From the NCBI RefSeq assembly GCF_009914755.1, contig NC_060925.1: DNA of 64,000 nucleotides; one strand, 5' to 3'. Every line of letters begins with the position of its first letter. Position 1 is the first letter of the stretch. Source of the DNA: the human T2T-CHM13v2.0 reference genome, Homo sapiens. Below the pieces are notes generated by a model. The model made no database searches, was not told the DNA's origin, and saw nothing but the letters and a program-made list of their open reading frames with translations. Below are positions 1 to 16,335 of this stretch, one piece after another. Both the position numbers and the translations under genes were made by a program.

Positions 1-700
1 AACTTGGTAATTTGAGGAACAAAACAGAAGACCTTTGTGCTAGGAGTGAAAGAGATATGAGAGTATTAAGGGATGAGGTCAGAGTTACCTGGTCCAGAGC
101 ATATTGTAGGCCAGGGTGGAGAAGTAAAGAACTGTTTTGGTTTGGATCTGTTTGTGAGATGGTGCTGACTGGACTGTCTAGTGGATGGAGTTGTAGAGTG
201 TGAAGGACAGAGGGGTATCAAGGATAACCTTTAAATTTAGACCTGAGCATCTAGGTGAACAGAGACACCAGATACTGAGATACGGAAACTCAGGGAAGAT
301 TAGGTGTGTGTACAGAAATCAAGAGCTCTATTTTGGACACATTGTATTTGAGATGTCTATTGGAAACCTAAGAGACGTTGAATAAGAGGTTGGACATATG
401 AGTCTAAAGTTTAGGGGAGATATATATATTTGGGAGTTGTTAGCGTATCAAGGTTTATAGTATTGTATGAGATCACCTATTTAGAGTTCAGGAAGAGAAA
501 GACTGAGGGGTTATCAGTAAGAATGAAGGAGTAAAAGAGTATGTTGTTGTAGAAGCCAAGTGAAAAAAATATTTCAAGAAGGAGGGAATAAGCATCTATG
601 GAGTGCTGCTGAAAGGCCGAGTAAGGTGAACAGGAAATTGACATTGGGTTTATTTTTGTATTTCTAATATTAATGCATATTAATATTGTCAACCTAAAAT
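1..700 (-). mobile_element. Old LINE2 fragment (approximate bounds)
   Basis: Purine-rich diverged sequence with L2-typical 'ttttggacacattgtatttgagatgtct' and 'tttgggagttgttagcgtat' motifs. Confidence 0.6.
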
Positions 701-2172
701 GTATGACAGATACCAACTCTATAAAGCAAAAAGTTGATTTGGGAGTAGTAGGGGATTGCAGTTCTAGACATGCATGCTATGGAATGACTATGACACATCC
801 ACAGGGGATTGGAGTAAAGGGGAAGCTTGAAAAGACATATAGGAGACCTCCATGTAAGCTGTTTTGAACAAAGATTATTGGTTACAAGAGCTTGCTGCAG
901 GGGTGGCATTAGCTCATTGGTGGAGACAGCCGTAGTTAGGCAAGTGTCTCTGTGCAAGCGGCTTTTATGGAATACTGTGGTTTTGAGGAATTCTTTACGT
1001 TGTTCCAATGTAGGCATACATATACATAAGGGGACTCCTTCATGGCCTCCCAACTCCATTGTGTTAGGGTTTCACACTAGTAACTCCAGTTTGATACTGA
1101 TAACTTTTACAGTATGCAGATAGGAAATGTACAATAGCTTGTAATATTGTAATTTTACTTTTCTTTGGTATATATTGTTTTCTCTTTGGTCATGGAAACA
1201 CAGTAAATTTCACCTGCTGTTTCCAGACTTTTGTGTTTAGCTGTCTCTGCTTTAAAGTAACTGAAATTTATAATACGTCTCATAAAGTAAAACCTCATTG
1301 ATTTTGACTAAAAGAGGAAAATTGTGACCAAATTCTTGAAAATATAGAATGTGAAAATTATCTTATGCTCTTTATTTATTGAAAATAAAATTCAAATCAG
1401 TGTTTCAATTTAATGATAATTTCTATATATATGAATAATTCCTGTTAATTGTAAAAACCTTGCTAATATAGAGATGAACAAACAAGAAAATGCATCGATT
1501 TTCTATCACTTTGGCGATCTTTATATTTTAACTATATCAGGAATCCAAGTATAAATGTGTGTTAAACTTTCAAAATTTAAACATTAAACATTTTTAATAT
1601 TCTGAGAAACTTCATCCCTACTTCTGATGACAAGCCAGGGACTGCTGATGCTGCATTTATTGCATGGGAATATTTATGCTGTCAGTTATTTGAGTAGGTT
1701 TGTCTAGATTATAGTGATCTAAAATTAATAGACAAGCTGAATTTTGGGTAGTTTTGTGTATTTCCAAATAGTGTTCTGCAAAATGCTTTTTTCCTTTTTA
1801 ACCACTAAAATAATTGAAGTGGGTGAGGTTCAGGGGAGACTTCAGATAAGTTTTAGGATGCTGGGTTTAATAAAGTTAAGTGGGATTCTTACAAGGGGAA
1901 ATCACATTTAGCAAAATAATCTCATTTACTGATTCATAGTCTTTACCACTTAAGGGGAGGGTAATGAATATACATGGATTGCTATGATAAGGTACAAGGA
2001 CGAGACCCAGTATTCAAGCTTGTTTCGGTTCTATAATTAGTCCTTGGATAAAGTCACCTTTTAAGTACTTGAAAGGCAAGATATGATGAAAATTTATCTT
2101 GACTTTATTTTATTCAGCTATAATTGTCATGAAAATTACTTGACTTAAAAGTATTCTCTTTTTTTTCCTTAA

Positions 2173-2331
<159 letters not shown>

Positions 2332-2615
2332 TAGTAAGTAAAAGGAAAAGTTGAGAAGTAAATAAAGGCCCTCTTAAGTCCCATAGCAATTACCCTCTGC
2401 ATACTAAATATATACATTTCTTCTAAAGCAGAATGAATTATAATTCAACATTTCATATTATATATCATATATAGATAGATATACGTATGTATATATATGG
2501 CTATAGGAAATCTAGTTACAGAAACTTGAATTCATAATTACAATTATTTTCCACCAACAGACCACTGATTTCATCTTTTTTTTAATTGCTCAATCTATTT
2601 GAATGTTTTTCTGAA

Positions 2616-3073
2616 TGTGGCAACAGAAAGATTTTTGCTTGGCTAATCATTAGTCGAGCTTCTGAATCTTCTGCTAGCCCGATCTGTGCACATTCCTGTA
2701 AAATCCAGTTTTAGCAAAGAACTCTGCTAGGTCATTTTAGCAGGAACACCCCCACCCTGGATATCTGATGAATATTTGATCAGATTTCTCATCCTCCACC
2801 ATTCCCCAAATGATGTTTGATCACCATGGCCTGTCTTCAGCAAGAATTCTGTTAGGTCAGTTTAGCCAGAATCCCTCTTACCATGATGTTTTTGCTTAGT
2901 AATTTTCTATCTACTCCCTCCTTCTTGGCTATAAATTCCCTGTTGTCCATGCTGTGTTTGGACTTAGCCCACATACCCCGACCCACCACAAGACCCCATT
3001 GCAGTGCTCCATATACCTATTGTGATGATTCCAAATAAAGTCTTCCTTACTTCCTTTCTCTTTTTCTTTAACA
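2616..3073 (+). mobile_element. MER31-like ERV1 solo LTR
   Basis: Internal duplicated 'agcaa(a)gaa(c/t)tctg(c/t)taggtca' blocks, TATAAA 2930-2935, AATAAA 3034-3039, TG...CA ends. Confidence 0.7.
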
Positions 3074-3450
3074 GTTCGTTCCGTAAGTATTTATTGAACA
3101 CCTGCTACATGCCTGGAACTGTTCTGCTTGCATCAGGATACACTGAGATAGCAGGACAGGATAAGAGGAATCTGGGGGTGCTGGTAGGGAATGGAAGGTT
3201 GCAATAATAAATGGAGGTTGGGGAGGGTGACATTTGAGCAAGGATGTGAAGGAGATGGTAATGTAGATATCTGGGTAGTTGGGTTCTAAACAGGGAGAAC
3301 AGCAGTGCAAAGGATGGTGTGGCTGAGGGCAGTGAAGGTGACAGCAGTAGTGGTTGAATTCAGAGGCCAGCAGGGGAAGAGAATGTGGAGCTCAATGAAA
3401 GGCCTCTTGGGCCATGTGAATACTTTGGCACTTTACTTTGTGAAACTAAG
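3074..3450 (-). mobile_element. LINE2 3' fragment
   Basis: 'aagtatttattgaacacctgctacatgcctggaactgttct' is the reverse complement of an L2 3' end. Confidence 0.65.
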
Positions 3451-3792
3451 TTTCATATAATTTAGAAGTAAAAATCAGTCTTTTTAGAACTGGCAAAAAA
3501 ATTTAAAACATTTTATTTTCACAAAGAGAATGATGGGAATCCTCAGTGTCACATATGGAGAAAACAGAGTTAAGGCTTCTGTGGGTTTCAGCTTTCTTAT
3601 CTGTAAACTGGAGATAATTTGTGAACTTGAGGATTTTAAATAGGAGTTATTAATATCTGATGTTGTTTTATGCATTCCTGATGCTTTTCATAATTTTTAG
3701 TCTGTGACATGCTCCCCTTACCCCAAGAGCAGTCATTAGAGCCAGAGAATTTATTAACTTTGGAGTACATTTTTGGGAAGCTGAATTTTGAT

Positions 3793-3959
<167 letters not shown>

Positions 3960-4382
3960 AGGCTCAGGTTCTTAAGACTTTTCATGCTCTTCTGTACAGG
4001 GACACTTGTAGTTCTTTGTCTACCCCTGCACAGCATTTTCTACCAGGTGTGTGTTATAGGTGTCAGTAGTGGCTTAAAGCTTCCCACAGATTTTAGCTGC
4101 ATTTCTTAAAATTCTAAAGGTCATATATTCATCATGATTCAATTAACAGTATTTGTTAATTATCATTATGATTTTTTCTTGGACCCATGGGCTATTTAAA
4201 ATTTTATTGACTAATGTGCAAACTTTTTTTTTGGTTATTGATGTTTGTTTTAATTCCGCTGTGGCCAGATAACTACTGTGTAAGATATTAATTCTTTGAA
4301 ATTTGATGAGATTAGCTTATCCTCACTTTTAGTAAAGGTTCCACATCAACTTGATGTTCTGATGTTTTAATATAATATTTAA

Positions 4383-4592
<210 letters not shown>

Positions 4593-5289
4593 TAGTATAA
4601 GCATCTTACATTTTGAGGCCTTAAAATGAAAGGAGGAACACAGTATCAACTTCCTTGTTTAAACTTTGAACAGGCCAATTTGTGAATTAAAATTCTGTCA
4701 GAGCCTCTAGGCTTGTGTGTTTCTATTGCAGTATATTGTAGGATCACTTTTCCTATTAAAAAGAAAAAATTAATATAACAGCTCCAAATTAACAAACTCA
4801 GAAAGCCATTTGTATTGATAATTCCTTAATTTACATTTTAAAACCAAGCATATTTATTTGACATAAAATTCAAATATTAACATTTTACTTTATATTATAT
4901 AATAAATGAATTATTTTTACTCCAGATGCTTGCTTTTGAGAGTTTTCAGTGCCAATGTTCATATTTTAAAGGTTATTTTTAGCATCGGAACATCTACAGT
5001 TCATTCACAGCTTCTTCATGCAGCTGATGCGCAAAGTTTTGCATAGAGGCTCCAGAGGCTTGGAATGGTCCTAGACCTGTTGCATGCAAAGTTGGGACTA
5101 TAGAAAGACAATAGTCCTTTGGCTGGTTGTCCGATCTGTCAAAAGGGCAAAATTTTTCTTGTTCAGACTTACTGAGATTGATTATGGCCTGTACAGAGAT
5201 AACAGGTACCATGCAAATATCAATCCATTTAACAAGTTTACTTGTTGATTGCTTACTATTTTAAAAGCATTGATTCGTCAAAAGGCAAG

Positions 5290-5430
5290 TAGCAATAGTA
5301 GTTTAAGACATTGACTTCGGAGTCCAACAGAAGTTTATAGGAGTTCTGGCTCCACCACTTATTTGGAAAGTTTCTTAACCTTTCTATGCCTTAATTTCCT
5401 TATCTGTAAAATAGGGATGTTTTACATGGA
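5290..5430 (+). mobile_element. MIR fragment
   Basis: MIR core 'ttcttaacctttctatgccttaatttccttatctgtaaaataggg'. Confidence 0.6.
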
Positions 5431-6837
5431 TATGAAATATCCATATAAAATTAAATAATGAAATGAAATAATTAACATTGGTCATGTGAAGAAAACCATT
5501 ATTGTTTTCTTATTCTGCAAATTAAAAATTGCATAGTATGTCATATGCAGATAAAATGTGTATCTATATTATTAAAATTTTGCAAATTAAATATTCAATA
5601 TCTCATATCAATTTCAATAAATTTATCCAGTGTAAATTTCACAAATTGTCAGGTTTTTATTAACTTAGTTTTCTTATTTTAAGCTAATATTTTAGCATCT
5701 AATCATGTAAAAATACTATGACTTTAATCTTATTTCTCAGTTAAGCCTTACTATATGTATTTGATTTCAAAGTGAAATGCTTTGAATTTTCTTGTCATCT
5801 TTAAAATGAAAAACTTCAGCTTAATCCATGAAAACTCAATTATATTTTTTATTTTTAAATAAGAATTATTCTGAGACTTTTGAGGCAGTTGAGTAAGGAG
5901 GTTGTGGCGCATACTGAAGGTAGGTTAAGATAGGTTAATGTACTAGGTACTTGTCCACAGTAAGTAATGTACAAGTGAAGCTTGAGTGCCACCTCGGCTA
6001 GGATTATACTCAGTCACGCTCATAAATCTAATGGTCTGGCTCCTGTGCAGTAATTTTATGCTACTAAGTTTTTTCCTGTTTCTATTTGATTATGGACATA
6101 CAAAACACAAATGTTTTGTATGAATTGTAAATATATAGACATTGACGTTTACCATGCTATTACAGAATAAAGAAAACTTAATAAAAACCAATTAAAGTAT
6201 TTTTGTTTCTGTTTTTAAGGGTAATCCCAAGATATGTGTGAAAACAAATTTTCATAGTCTATCAACAGAAAATGGTTTACCTTAACTTTACAACTGAAAT
6301 GTACTGACGTTTTTGCAGTGCACTGTGGTGGAAATAATTTCTTCCTATGTAAACCATCATTTACTTGTATCTCGCATGTCTTTGAAAATGATAGGCAAAT
6401 GAAATTTACAACAACAGAGGACTTTAAAAATAGTATAGAATCATGTGTAGGCATTAAAAAAATCATGTTTTAGGAAAATATCGCTTCCCTTTACCCTCAT
6501 CCATAGGATATTGGCATTAAATAACTCAAAATGATAGTACAAACCAGTATTTCCCATTTTCTCTGCTTTGTATATTGCTGCATTATCATTCATACGACAT
6601 TCCTATTTTTTAATTTATATCTCGTATCTTTACCTACTTACTTGAAATTTTTATGTATCCAAACAAGACAATAGCGGCAATCATTTTTACTTCAGGATTT
6701 GGCTTCATAGTGATTTGCTTTAAGAACTTGTCCTAGTTTCACTGATTCCCAAAGCAGGGTCTGTTGGAAAATATGTCATTGTTGAATTAAGCTATATTTT
6801 GTTTTAGTCACTTTCCTGCCTATCAGTTAGCAAGTGA

Positions 6838-7476
<639 letters not shown>

Positions 7477-7568
7477 TAGAGTCCTGTTAAAGATGTAAGA
7501 AAAAATTTTTTTCATTGAATTTTTTGGAGTTTTTGCTTTATATTAATATTTTAATATGTTTCAAATAG

Positions 7569-7686
7569 ATGTCAATATCAATATCTCATGTGAAACTGAT
7601 GGGTACTTAACTAAAATGACTTGCAGATGGTCAACCAGTACAATCCAGTCACTTGCGGAAAGCACTTTGCAATTGAGGTATCATAG
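7569..7686 (+). CDS. LEPR: Leptin receptor exon 10 (start of CRH2 leptin-binding region: [21 protein letters not shown]...YHR)
   Basis: aatag| acceptor, |gtacgt donor, 118 nt. Confidence 0.98.
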
Positions 7687-8784
7687 GTACGTATTATTTT
7701 TGCTGTTTTGTTTTTCTGTGGGCACAGTGAGATAAAAATTTTCTTTAGAAATATTACAACAGTAGTCTTACAGATTATTTGCTTCCTGAAAGAGGAAAGT
7801 ATAATATAATGAATCAGGAAATTTTTGAGGGATTATATAAATTGGTGATTCTTGAAAAATATTCACACCTGAGATTAAAAAATTGTAATTTGTTTTTACT
7901 TCAAATTATCTTTTCTGAAAATCAATCAATTCTGAAAAATTTGTATTTTAACTCTTGAATGAAATGCAAGAAAATGTAGTTTATATATATTTTAATTTGA
8001 CTTAGTTGACTAGAGGAGAATGTGAAAGATTATAAAAGTTTCGTATCATTTGGCTAAAGATTAATGTTTTGGAAAAAAGAGGTAAAAACAGATTATAAGA
8101 GATAATATGAATGGTTTTTAGAACTGAGTGAGATTACTTAGGAAATAAATACTTATGGTTAATAAAGGGTAATGTGTTCTAATGAGAAGTAATTTGTGCT
8201 TGTTTATTTTTACTCTTCTATGTTTTAAAAAGAATTCAAGGCATCGTCTTATAGTGGTCCCTTTCTTTCTAAAATCATTTTATCTAAAATGATACAACCC
8301 TTGATTATATAATAGATTTTTATTTTTAAAAATATCCCATAGTAGTAGTCAAGTAAATATATACTGCTGTTAAACACTGTGTCCCAATTTATATTTTTAT
8401 TTGTAGTGGAGACTTTCAATTTGTATAACATGCTCATTTATTCTTAAAATATAAATTTTCAACTAGAAAAATAAATCCCTTCTCTCAAATACTGTGATCT
8501 GAAGTCTATTCCTAATGCTGCCAGTCTCTTCTTATGTAGCGTTAGGAAAAAAATGTGGCAATTCGTACATTTCTCAAATAGCTGCCTTCATCCTACCTAA
8601 TATGAGTATTTTAAAATCAGTAGAATTGTTCATGATATGAAATTTTACTTTTATAATCTGTCTTTACATTCTTTTCATGGCATTTTCACATTAGAAAAGG
8701 TGTTTATGGAAAACTATTATGTTAAGCCCCATGCCTTGTTTCTCTTATTAACATTTACAGAATAACTATGAAACTACATTTACT

Positions 8785-8880
8785 TGGGTGAGTTTCTTAA
8801 CTTCCCTAAGCCTCAATTTCCTTGTCTGTAAAACAGAGAGAATAATAGGACTTACAGTGTTTCTGCGAGAGTTAATGACA
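8785..8880 (+). mobile_element. MIR fragment
   Basis: 'ttgggtgagtttcttaacttccctaagcctcaatttccttgtctgtaaaa' MIR core. Confidence 0.6.
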
Positions 8881-9077
8881 TATTTCATCTAATTATAATC
8901 ACATGGTATAATTTCTCCTTGTAAATATTCAATATATGGTTTTTGCTGTCATGATAATGATGCCAACTTTTCGATTTCAAGTGTACTAGTACTGTGCTTC
9001 TACTTTGTTCTTATTTTCTACCCCCAGATGACCCCTCACTCCTCATTTTCATTTTTGCCCACACACCACCATTTATT

Positions 9078-9101
9078 CACACACACACACACACACACAC
9101 A
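9078..9101. repeat. (CA)n microsatellite
   Basis: About 12 CA units read directly. Confidence 0.95.
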
Positions 9102-9310
9102 TTCATGATTGTAATTTTGAGAAGACAAGAAAAAGAAGTGGTATAGAAAATAGAAAATGACAGAAGAATATAGATTTTTTAGCTTCTTCTAACTTCCTCA
9201 CTCCCATCTCTTTGGAAAGAGTAATTGCTACTTCAGCTATTTAAATATAGTATTCAGAGCAAACATTGGCCCAAGAGGTTATTTCAAAGAAGAGGAAAAA
9301 GACTTTATGT

Positions 9311-9537
9311 CAAGTTTGTCCAACCCATGGCCTGGGGCCCCCATGTGGACTAGGATAGCTTTGAATGCAGCCCAACACAAATTTATAAACTGTCTGAAAA
9401 CATTAGGAGATTTTTTTTGCAACTGGTTTTTTTTTTTTTTTTTGGTTCATCAGCTATCGTTAGTATATTTTATGTGTGGCCCAAGACAGTTCTTCTTCCA
9501 GTGTGGCCTAGGGAAGCCAAAAGATTGGACACCCCTG
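9311..9537 (-). mobile_element. MER30 hAT-Charlie MITE
   Basis: Ends caagtttgtccaac...ttggacacccctg; 8-bp TSD ctttatgt/ctttatgg. Confidence 0.85.
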
Positions 9538-10046
9538 CTTTATGGGTTCTGAGGTGGAGTGTTGGCTAGGACTCACTTATAAAATTTTTTTTAAATTTTC
9601 TTTTCTGAGAAAATGAGGAATATACATGGTTATATAATTCACATACATATCTGAAATTGGTATTATATTAACTTATATTAATTTGAACTAGAAAATTATA
9701 TTCACCACTCATTTGTGGTGAAATTTAATTCTTTCTTCAAAGTGTGAGGAATTTGCCTTCCTTGCCATCTCAGGAATGCTCCATGACTACTTTCATCTAT
9801 ATTTTAAATATTCTATCACTAATACATAATGTTTGTTTAATTTTCAAATTATTGTAGGTTCTGTCTCTAACTGGATCATTTTCTTCTTTTTAGAGTATTT
9901 ATTTCATTTGCATCCCTGCTTAGTGTCTAATGAAATATTTAATAAGAGTTACTGTCAGTTTCTGTGGAAAGATATAGAATTGGGAAAAATTAAAAAATGC
10001 CTTTCTAATAAGAATGTCTTTTTTTAGATGTAGTGAAATTGTCTGT

Positions 10047-10344
<298 letters not shown>

Positions 10345-10363
10345 TTCTGCCTGTCTTTTAAAC

Positions 10364-10679
10364 TTGGGGTCCCCAGTCCCTGGGCCACGGACCGGTACCT
10401 GTCTGTGGCCTCTTAGGAACCCGGCCACAAAGCGGGAGGTGAGAGAGCAGCATTACCACCTGCGCTTCACCTCCTGTCAGATCAGCGCAGCATTAGATTC
10501 TTAGAGGAGCAGAACCCTATTGTGAACTGGGCATGCGCTCCTCATGAGAATCTAATGCCTGGTGATCTGAAGTGGAACAGTTTCATCCCGAAATCCTGAA
10601 CCATCTCCCATCCCCCATTAGTGGAAAAATTGTCTTCCATGAAACCGGTCCCTGGTGCCAAAAAGGTTGGGGACTGCTG
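10364..10679 (+). mobile_element. MER1B hAT-Charlie MITE
   Basis: TIR-like ggggtcccca...ttggggactgctg; perfect 8-bp TSD ttttaaac (10356-10363 / 10680-10687). Confidence 0.85.
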
Positions 10680-10763
10680 TTTTAAACAACAAATCAGAAT
10701 TCTCAGATATCTTCTTGTTGCTTTTATTAATGTATACTAATTGACTATTTTTGTATCTTTTAA

Positions 10764-11018
<255 letters not shown>

Positions 11019-13935
11019 TGATGCAGATTTAATGTTATATTTTGCCATTTTCTGATCACATTAGATTTTGAAAAAAAAATTGTTCCTGTTTACAGTGGTA
11101 TTGAGAAAATCAGCCTTAGGAAGTTTAACAGTTTTGAATTCATTTCAAATTATTTATAGCAGACTTTTTTTAGCAATAGGAATATTTTCTGCACACTATT
11201 AGATGAAATACATGGGTCATTATGAATGAATTTTAGTAGTGTTTTTCTAAATAAGGCATTATTTTATGTTTTTGTTCCAATGTAGTTATGAAAACATGTA
11301 ATATTTGTAATCCAAACGTTTAATTTGAATATTCTGAGGTTCTCAATAATCTGAGTACTCATAACTCAAGCCTTTAATTTGTGAGGCTATGTAGGGCACA
11401 GAAGCATTTAAAATAGCTAAATTGAAGTGGAGGAAATAGACAACAATGACATACATTATATTTTAAACATTCTTTTCAAAAAACTTTTGATTTCAAAGAT
11501 ATTAAGAGAGCCCTTGGAAAATGTGATATATTCTTTCCGGTTCATTGTGAAATCTCTGAGAAATGATTGTGCAACAGGAATGCAAAAATATCTTTTGGTG
11601 CTGTTACATATGTATAACTAAGGAAGCTTTTGTAGATCTTTTCTAAATGTTTGTTTTCAAGATAAGATGTCTAAAAACAAAACAAAAATGGGATTTTCAG
11701 TGAATTTTCCCCTCAAATAAAATATTCCTCAGTAGGAAACATGTTAGAATAATGTTCCATAAAAATATTAATATATACTATTTTGTTGGGGGATTATGTC
11801 AAAAATCAATATTTGAGTCATTATTTTTCAATTAATTAATACACATTTGAATTAAAACCTATAACCAAAAAATACACGATAAGATTGTCTTAATTATAAG
11901 ATTTCTTTTTCAATGTAAAGTCCCAATGAATTCTCTCCCCACTGTTTAATTCCATTTTAAGTGATTTTTACTGCAGTGATACTTAATATCCCAGGATAGC
12001 AAGGAACCCTCCTACACTCCCCCAAACATGCACAGATAATAACACACTCACTTATAAGATATGACAAATGAAGCCTGGATTCAGTAACATATGTTACTTG
12101 AATAACCTATGGTGTTATCCTTTTCAAAACTAAAATAACGAGTTTAGGTTGGGCTTATATTGCCTACTTAGTACTAGAAAGTAACTCAACGTTGGGATCC
12201 AAATACCATCTCCACTTATTACTAGCCTTTAAATCCGGACTAGCCACACAGGCACTATGTGTCTGTTTTGTCATCCATAAAATGTAGACAGCTCCTCATA
12301 CCTTCCCAGCATGGGTATTGAGGGAATCACGTAAACTATTGAACTTCAAGCATATCCTTTCTGCAGACTGGATATTCACTGCCAGTCTGCAGAAAGGATA
12401 TGATTCATATGATTCAGTTAATTGCAAACACAGATTTAACCTCTTACAGTCTCTTGAATATTGATACTTCCTTTCCTGACAAGAAATTATCAAGAGGTGA
12501 AATACAGTATATATCATCTTCCTGGGTTGGTGGAGAATGTCTTTTTGTTCTATGAAGAATTGAATAATCATGATAAACTTTACATGAAGGAAAAAGTTTA
12601 GGTATTTTTGTTATCAACAGTCAAAAGTATTATTGTTGATTGCTTAAAAATGATTTTAAAATACCATATGAAAGGGAGACTATACCTTTACACAGTGTTG
12701 GTTTTTGGCAAGTGAGACTTGGAGCAAGAGAATAATAAACACCCATATTGTGCCAATCCAGGTATTAAGTTTTCCCTGTGAATCATAACAGTAGCATGAT
12801 TTATAAGACATGGGGAAATAAATCAAGAAGGTAAACCCTGGAACTCTATCGTCAGTTCTCTCTTAATTTTTCTTACACAGAGTGTCTACATTTGGCCTTA
12901 GTTATGGTTTGGGTTATTTAGGTTTCTTTTTGTTGGTGGTCGTTTGTTGGTTGGATGGTTTCATACATTAGCCCTTCAGCTTCCCTTTTTGCTACTGCAG
13001 TTGTTTCCTGCATATTCCAGCCAAGGGCCATCTCTCACTTTAGATTGTCCACTGGCAGGGGTGACTGTCAAAATAATGACCAAGAGGAGGGCCATTCCAG
13101 CTGCAATCCCAGAGGCCTCTGCTGTACCAGGCATTGACCTTTTAGGTTCTGAGCCGTGGGCAGGTGTGGAGGGCATCCAACCTGAGCAGTTCTGGAGGAG
13201 ATATTCCTCAGGAGAGCACCTCTTTACCAGTTGGTATGGATGTACTTAATATTTTTAACAACTGTTTTGACATACCAACTGAATATATGTCCTCTAAATG
13301 GAATCTTCTAGTCTTAGTGCAGATAATCAAGACATGACTATGTAAATGTAGTGTGTATCATAAAGTTGATGCTTGGAGTCATAACAGAGTTAGGGCTTCA
13401 GAGACACACTGTTATGCTTGGGCTTTCAGGCTCTTAGTTTAAAATATGCCACATTTCCATATTGCCTGTTATTGTCAGGAAGATTGGCCCTCAAAGTTAA
13501 AAATTAAGAACTTGGGGGAAAACTTATGTAGTGAATCTAAGCCTAAGGTAGTTTTTACTTTAGCTCTGAAAGCAGCATCATAAAAAGGTGATAGGAAAAC
13601 AGGGAAGATAACCTTTTTCTTTGCATTTCTATGATTTTTACATTACACCTTTAAACATGTCTTGTTATGTACATATACGTATCTATTTTAAAAATCACTT
13701 GCTATTCAGACCATCTTTGCCTCTATTACTGCCCATTAAAAGCCTGTTTTCCTCAGATTATAGAAAACCAAGGCTTTGCTCTGAGAGACTATCTCTGACC
13801 TTGACCTAGAAATATTTAATGATACACAGCAGCATAAGAGTTTCACACTCACACATATGGAAATTGATGCAGTCCATGGGTTTTTTTTTTTTTTTGCCTT
13901 TAATTAAAGTTCAATGGAGAACAGTTTGTTATTGA

Positions 13936-14217
<282 letters not shown>

Positions 14218-14471
14218 TAATCAGGTACTACTACTAGCTTTCAGAGTAACATGAATAATGTATTGACTTTTTTCAGTCAAGTCTATATTTGCGAAAAAGA
14301 GATAAATCCCTCTTTTAATATATCACATAAAGTAATAGGGAAACAAATGAGATAATGAGTGAGAAAGTTATGAAGAAGATATTGCTTGATGAATACAGAT
14401 GTATGAAAATATAACACAATGTTTTTAGGCATTATTACTATTTAAATTACCATCACTTAATACTATTGTAA

Positions 14472-14642
<171 letters not shown>

Positions 14643-15663
14643 TAGAACTTCAGCTTTCCTCATTAAATGCTATTTTTATAATATGTAAGAGTTTAATTGC
14701 ATTAGATTAATTTTATTGGCATAAAAGTACATTCTCCTGTATTGTGTAGCTATTTTCATTAAATAGATTTATCTAAGTCTAACTTTTTTAAAGAACAAAG
14801 TTTCCTGAAATCCATCATTCCCTGAAGTGTGTTTTATAGAACGTTGGTTGCATATTATGTTCCTTGGAAAAAGATTAAATGGCTAAATCAGTTTAGGAAA
14901 CCCTGTATCACTGTATCTTCCTTGTGTAGTCACGGTATACATATTACATATTCAAGGTTTGGAGAGGTCCTTCATTAAAGAAAAATTTGTGACCTTATTT
15001 CATCTCATGTTCCCCAAACTAATTTTTCCAAGGAACTGTTGTTTCTCTAACATCTGTTGATATCTTTTAGTACATACATGTTTAGTGGAATGCATTTTGG
15101 AAGAAGCTGCTTTTCAAACAAACAGAGTCATTCCCGTAGTGGCAAGTGTGCCTATCATGGCATTCCACATCAGCTTTGTGATGGCAGCCTGCAAAGACCT
15201 AGAAATATCAGAAACCCTTATTGTATCATTAGATCACAATGATATCAACTAAAACAAATGTGACAGTTTAGCTGCTATTGAAGAATACTGAATATCAGCG
15301 ATTTGCTACAGTAGGTCCTATCTAACCAATACGTTTAAATTCTTTTTAAATTCTTAAAACATCTTTGTGGGTAGAGGATTAGTGGACAGGGATTAGTAGG
15401 AGGGTAAGAGAGTGTTTGGGAAACAAGGTTGCAAGTAAACCAGTTCAAAATCTTGTCATCATCAGCAAGGGAGTGACAAGATAAATAAGAAAATCCTTGA
15501 CTTGAAGGAGTTTACAATCCAAGCCTAATTGTGACTATTTCTGAAGGCAGAGAACACAGAATCAGTTCTCTTAATTTTGGAATAGTGTTAAGGTTTAAAA
15601 TAAAATGTACTTCAGGGCCCTTTAGATACATATGTGTTGGTAATGATCAATCTAATGCTTTGA

Positions 15664-16160
<497 letters not shown>

Positions 16161-16169
16161 TAAAGAGAG

Positions 16170-16335
16170 CTAAGATGTACAGTGGCTGAAGCACTGGCAT
16201 AGTGTTAGGAGACTTTCATTCTCTTCTTAGCTTCACATATTATAGTTACGTCAGTACTATTTGGGCAAAGTTACTTAGACTCTTTGGGCCTCAGTTTTCT
16301 CATCTGTGTAAATGTAATATTGAACTAGATGATAG
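16170..16335 (+). mobile_element. MIR
   Basis: 'ttgggcaaagttacttagactctttgggcctcagttttctcatctgt' MIR core. Confidence 0.65.
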
